Of a DNA stretch of 64,000 nucleotides, positions 62,901-64,000 are shown one piece after another. The notes below the pieces were generated by a model. The model was not told the DNA's origin and made no database searches. It saw only the letters and a program-made list of their open reading frames with translations. A program made the translations under genes and the position numbers. Within the stretch, counting starts at the first letter, position 1, and each line of letters starts with the position of its first letter. This DNA comes from an uncultured virus (IMG/VR IMGVR_UViG_2061766007_004155) (lineage: Duplodnaviria > Heunggongvirae > Uroviricota > Caudoviricetes), in the IMG/VR virus record IMGVR_UViG_2061766007_004155; one strand, given 5' to 3'.

Positions 62901-63365
62901 TCAGCCAAGCCTCCTCCGGCAGAACTCGGCAATCATAAGCGCATCGGCAATTCCGTCATCATCCGTTCTGCATTTCGGAGTACGTTTCAGAGATACATCA
63001 GGGAAGAGTTCTTTTGCGACCTGAATAGTACGGGCTTTCTTCTCCGCTTTTGAATAATCTTTAGAAAGGTTTAGGCTAAATGTGCGCTTCCAAGTTTGTG
63101 AAGGAATCAATTGAACAGGGATTTTGAATGCGTAACACATTCCCCTTACAAATCCCCAGTTCGTTCCGAAGTTGAATGTTGACGAGATACCTTGCCCAGG
63201 CATTGAACCAACTTTTTCGATTGCCATAACACAATCGTCTTTAGACCATCTATCTAAAGCTTCACGGTAATTTTCTTCATCGAATGGTATAATTTCCACC
63301 CCGTCATCAGAGATGCACACAAGCGCTCCTGAAGCCCCTGGGTCACAGCCAATGTATCTTTTCAA
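62901..63365 (-). CDS. RuvC-like Holliday junction resolvase
   Basis: IGCDPG, IEKV, QTWK, GIADALMIA. Confidence 0.88.
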   Translation of the reverse strand: MKRYIGCDPGASGALVCISDDGVEIIPFDEENYREALDRWSKDDCVMAIEKVGSMPGQGISSTFNFGTNWGFVRGMCYAFKIPVQLIPSQTWKRTFSLNLSKDYSKAEKKARTIQVAKELFPDVSLKRTPKCRTDDDGIADALMIAEFCRRRLG

Positions 63366-64000
63366 GATGCAATACCTTCTTTCTTGTAAATACTCGAAAC
63401 AGTTTTTGCAAAGTTGCTTGCAGTTAATTCGGGGTCAAGGTCTTTAGCGTAAATGGCAGTGGTTTGCAGACGGCTATGACCAAGCATGTTGCTAATAGCT
63501 TCAATGGACGTTCCGCCTGTGAGCGACACAGAAGCAAAAGCATGACGAAGAGCATGAGTTCTTGATGCTTTCTCTTCGCCAAGCACACCGCTTACATAAC
63601 TGTATACTTTTTCAGAGAGTTCAGTTCTTTCAAATCCACGCCACTCACCGCCGTTTGTTACGACACCGAACAGCAGATCATCACTTGTGAGAAGATATGG
63701 TCTTAATCCGCTATTAAGATAATCGTTAACAGCAGACTGCGCTTCCTCTGTAAACGGTACATATCTTGGCTTACCACCCTTTGCAACCTCGCAATAAATC
63801 GTTCCTGTTTCAAAGTTCAGATTCCTGAGTTTAAGATTCCTCAGTTCTATGTTACGCATACCAGATGTGAGGAACACAGTTACGATTGCCTTTTCCCTTA
63901 CAAACGTTCTCGGTGTCCTGCGCCCTTCGGTTGTGTACCTCTCCGCACTCATAAGAGCCATTGCGTCCTGCGCATCAAGGACGTGATCGTATTCCTTGTT
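63362..64000 (-). CDS. Second tyrosine recombinase (XerC/D-like, 5'-partial)
   Basis: SGMRNIE (R), KGGK (K), HALRH, LGH, TAIY (Y). Confidence 0.92.
   Translation of the reverse strand, partial: NKEYDHVLDAQDAMALMSAERYTTEGRRTPRTFVREKAIVTVFLTSGMRNIELRNLKLRNLNFETGTIYCEVAKGGKPRYVPFTEEAQSAVNDYLNSGLRPYLLTSDDLLFGVVTNGGEWRGFERTELSEKVYSYVSGVLGEEKASRTHALRHAFASVSLTGGTSIEAISNMLGHSRLQTTAIYAKDLDPELTASNFAKTVSSIYKKEGIAS

Larger units (their letters stand above)
1141..64000. mobile_element. Temperate tailed phage genome (right end runs beyond the window)
   Basis: Integrase, cI/cro, recombination, replication, terminase, portal, capsid, tail, tape measure and lysis modules in typical order. Confidence 0.95.

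Overview
About 1.1 kb of gapped host-like sequence (LysR-family regulator 3' part, partial tRNA-Gly) is followed by about 63 kb of a temperate tailed phage, probably of a Firmicutes/Clostridia host (inferred from gene content and RBS style). Gene order: small early genes; a gene split by an ORF-less group I intron; an apparently intact attP (3' half of tRNA-Pro(GGG) with arm repeats on both sides); tyrosine integrase; cI/cro switch; a C5 DNA methyltransferase fragmented around (AG)10 and G8 tracts; YqaJ/RecT/SSB recombination genes; replication initiator with iterons and a DnaC-like loader; terminase, portal, head and tail genes; a cassette of small shuffled-domain tail proteins; a complete diversity-generating retroelement (target-VR, hairpin, avd, TR, RT); tRNA-Gln; a candidate structured ncRNA; GIY-YIG endonuclease; lysis genes; a solo-tnpB IS200/IS605 element; and a leftward arm with a cysteine desulfurase, an esterase, three HNH endonucleases, RuvC and a second tyrosine recombinase. 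Protein calls come from motif recognition by eye, without database searches. Several N gaps limit certainty at junctions.
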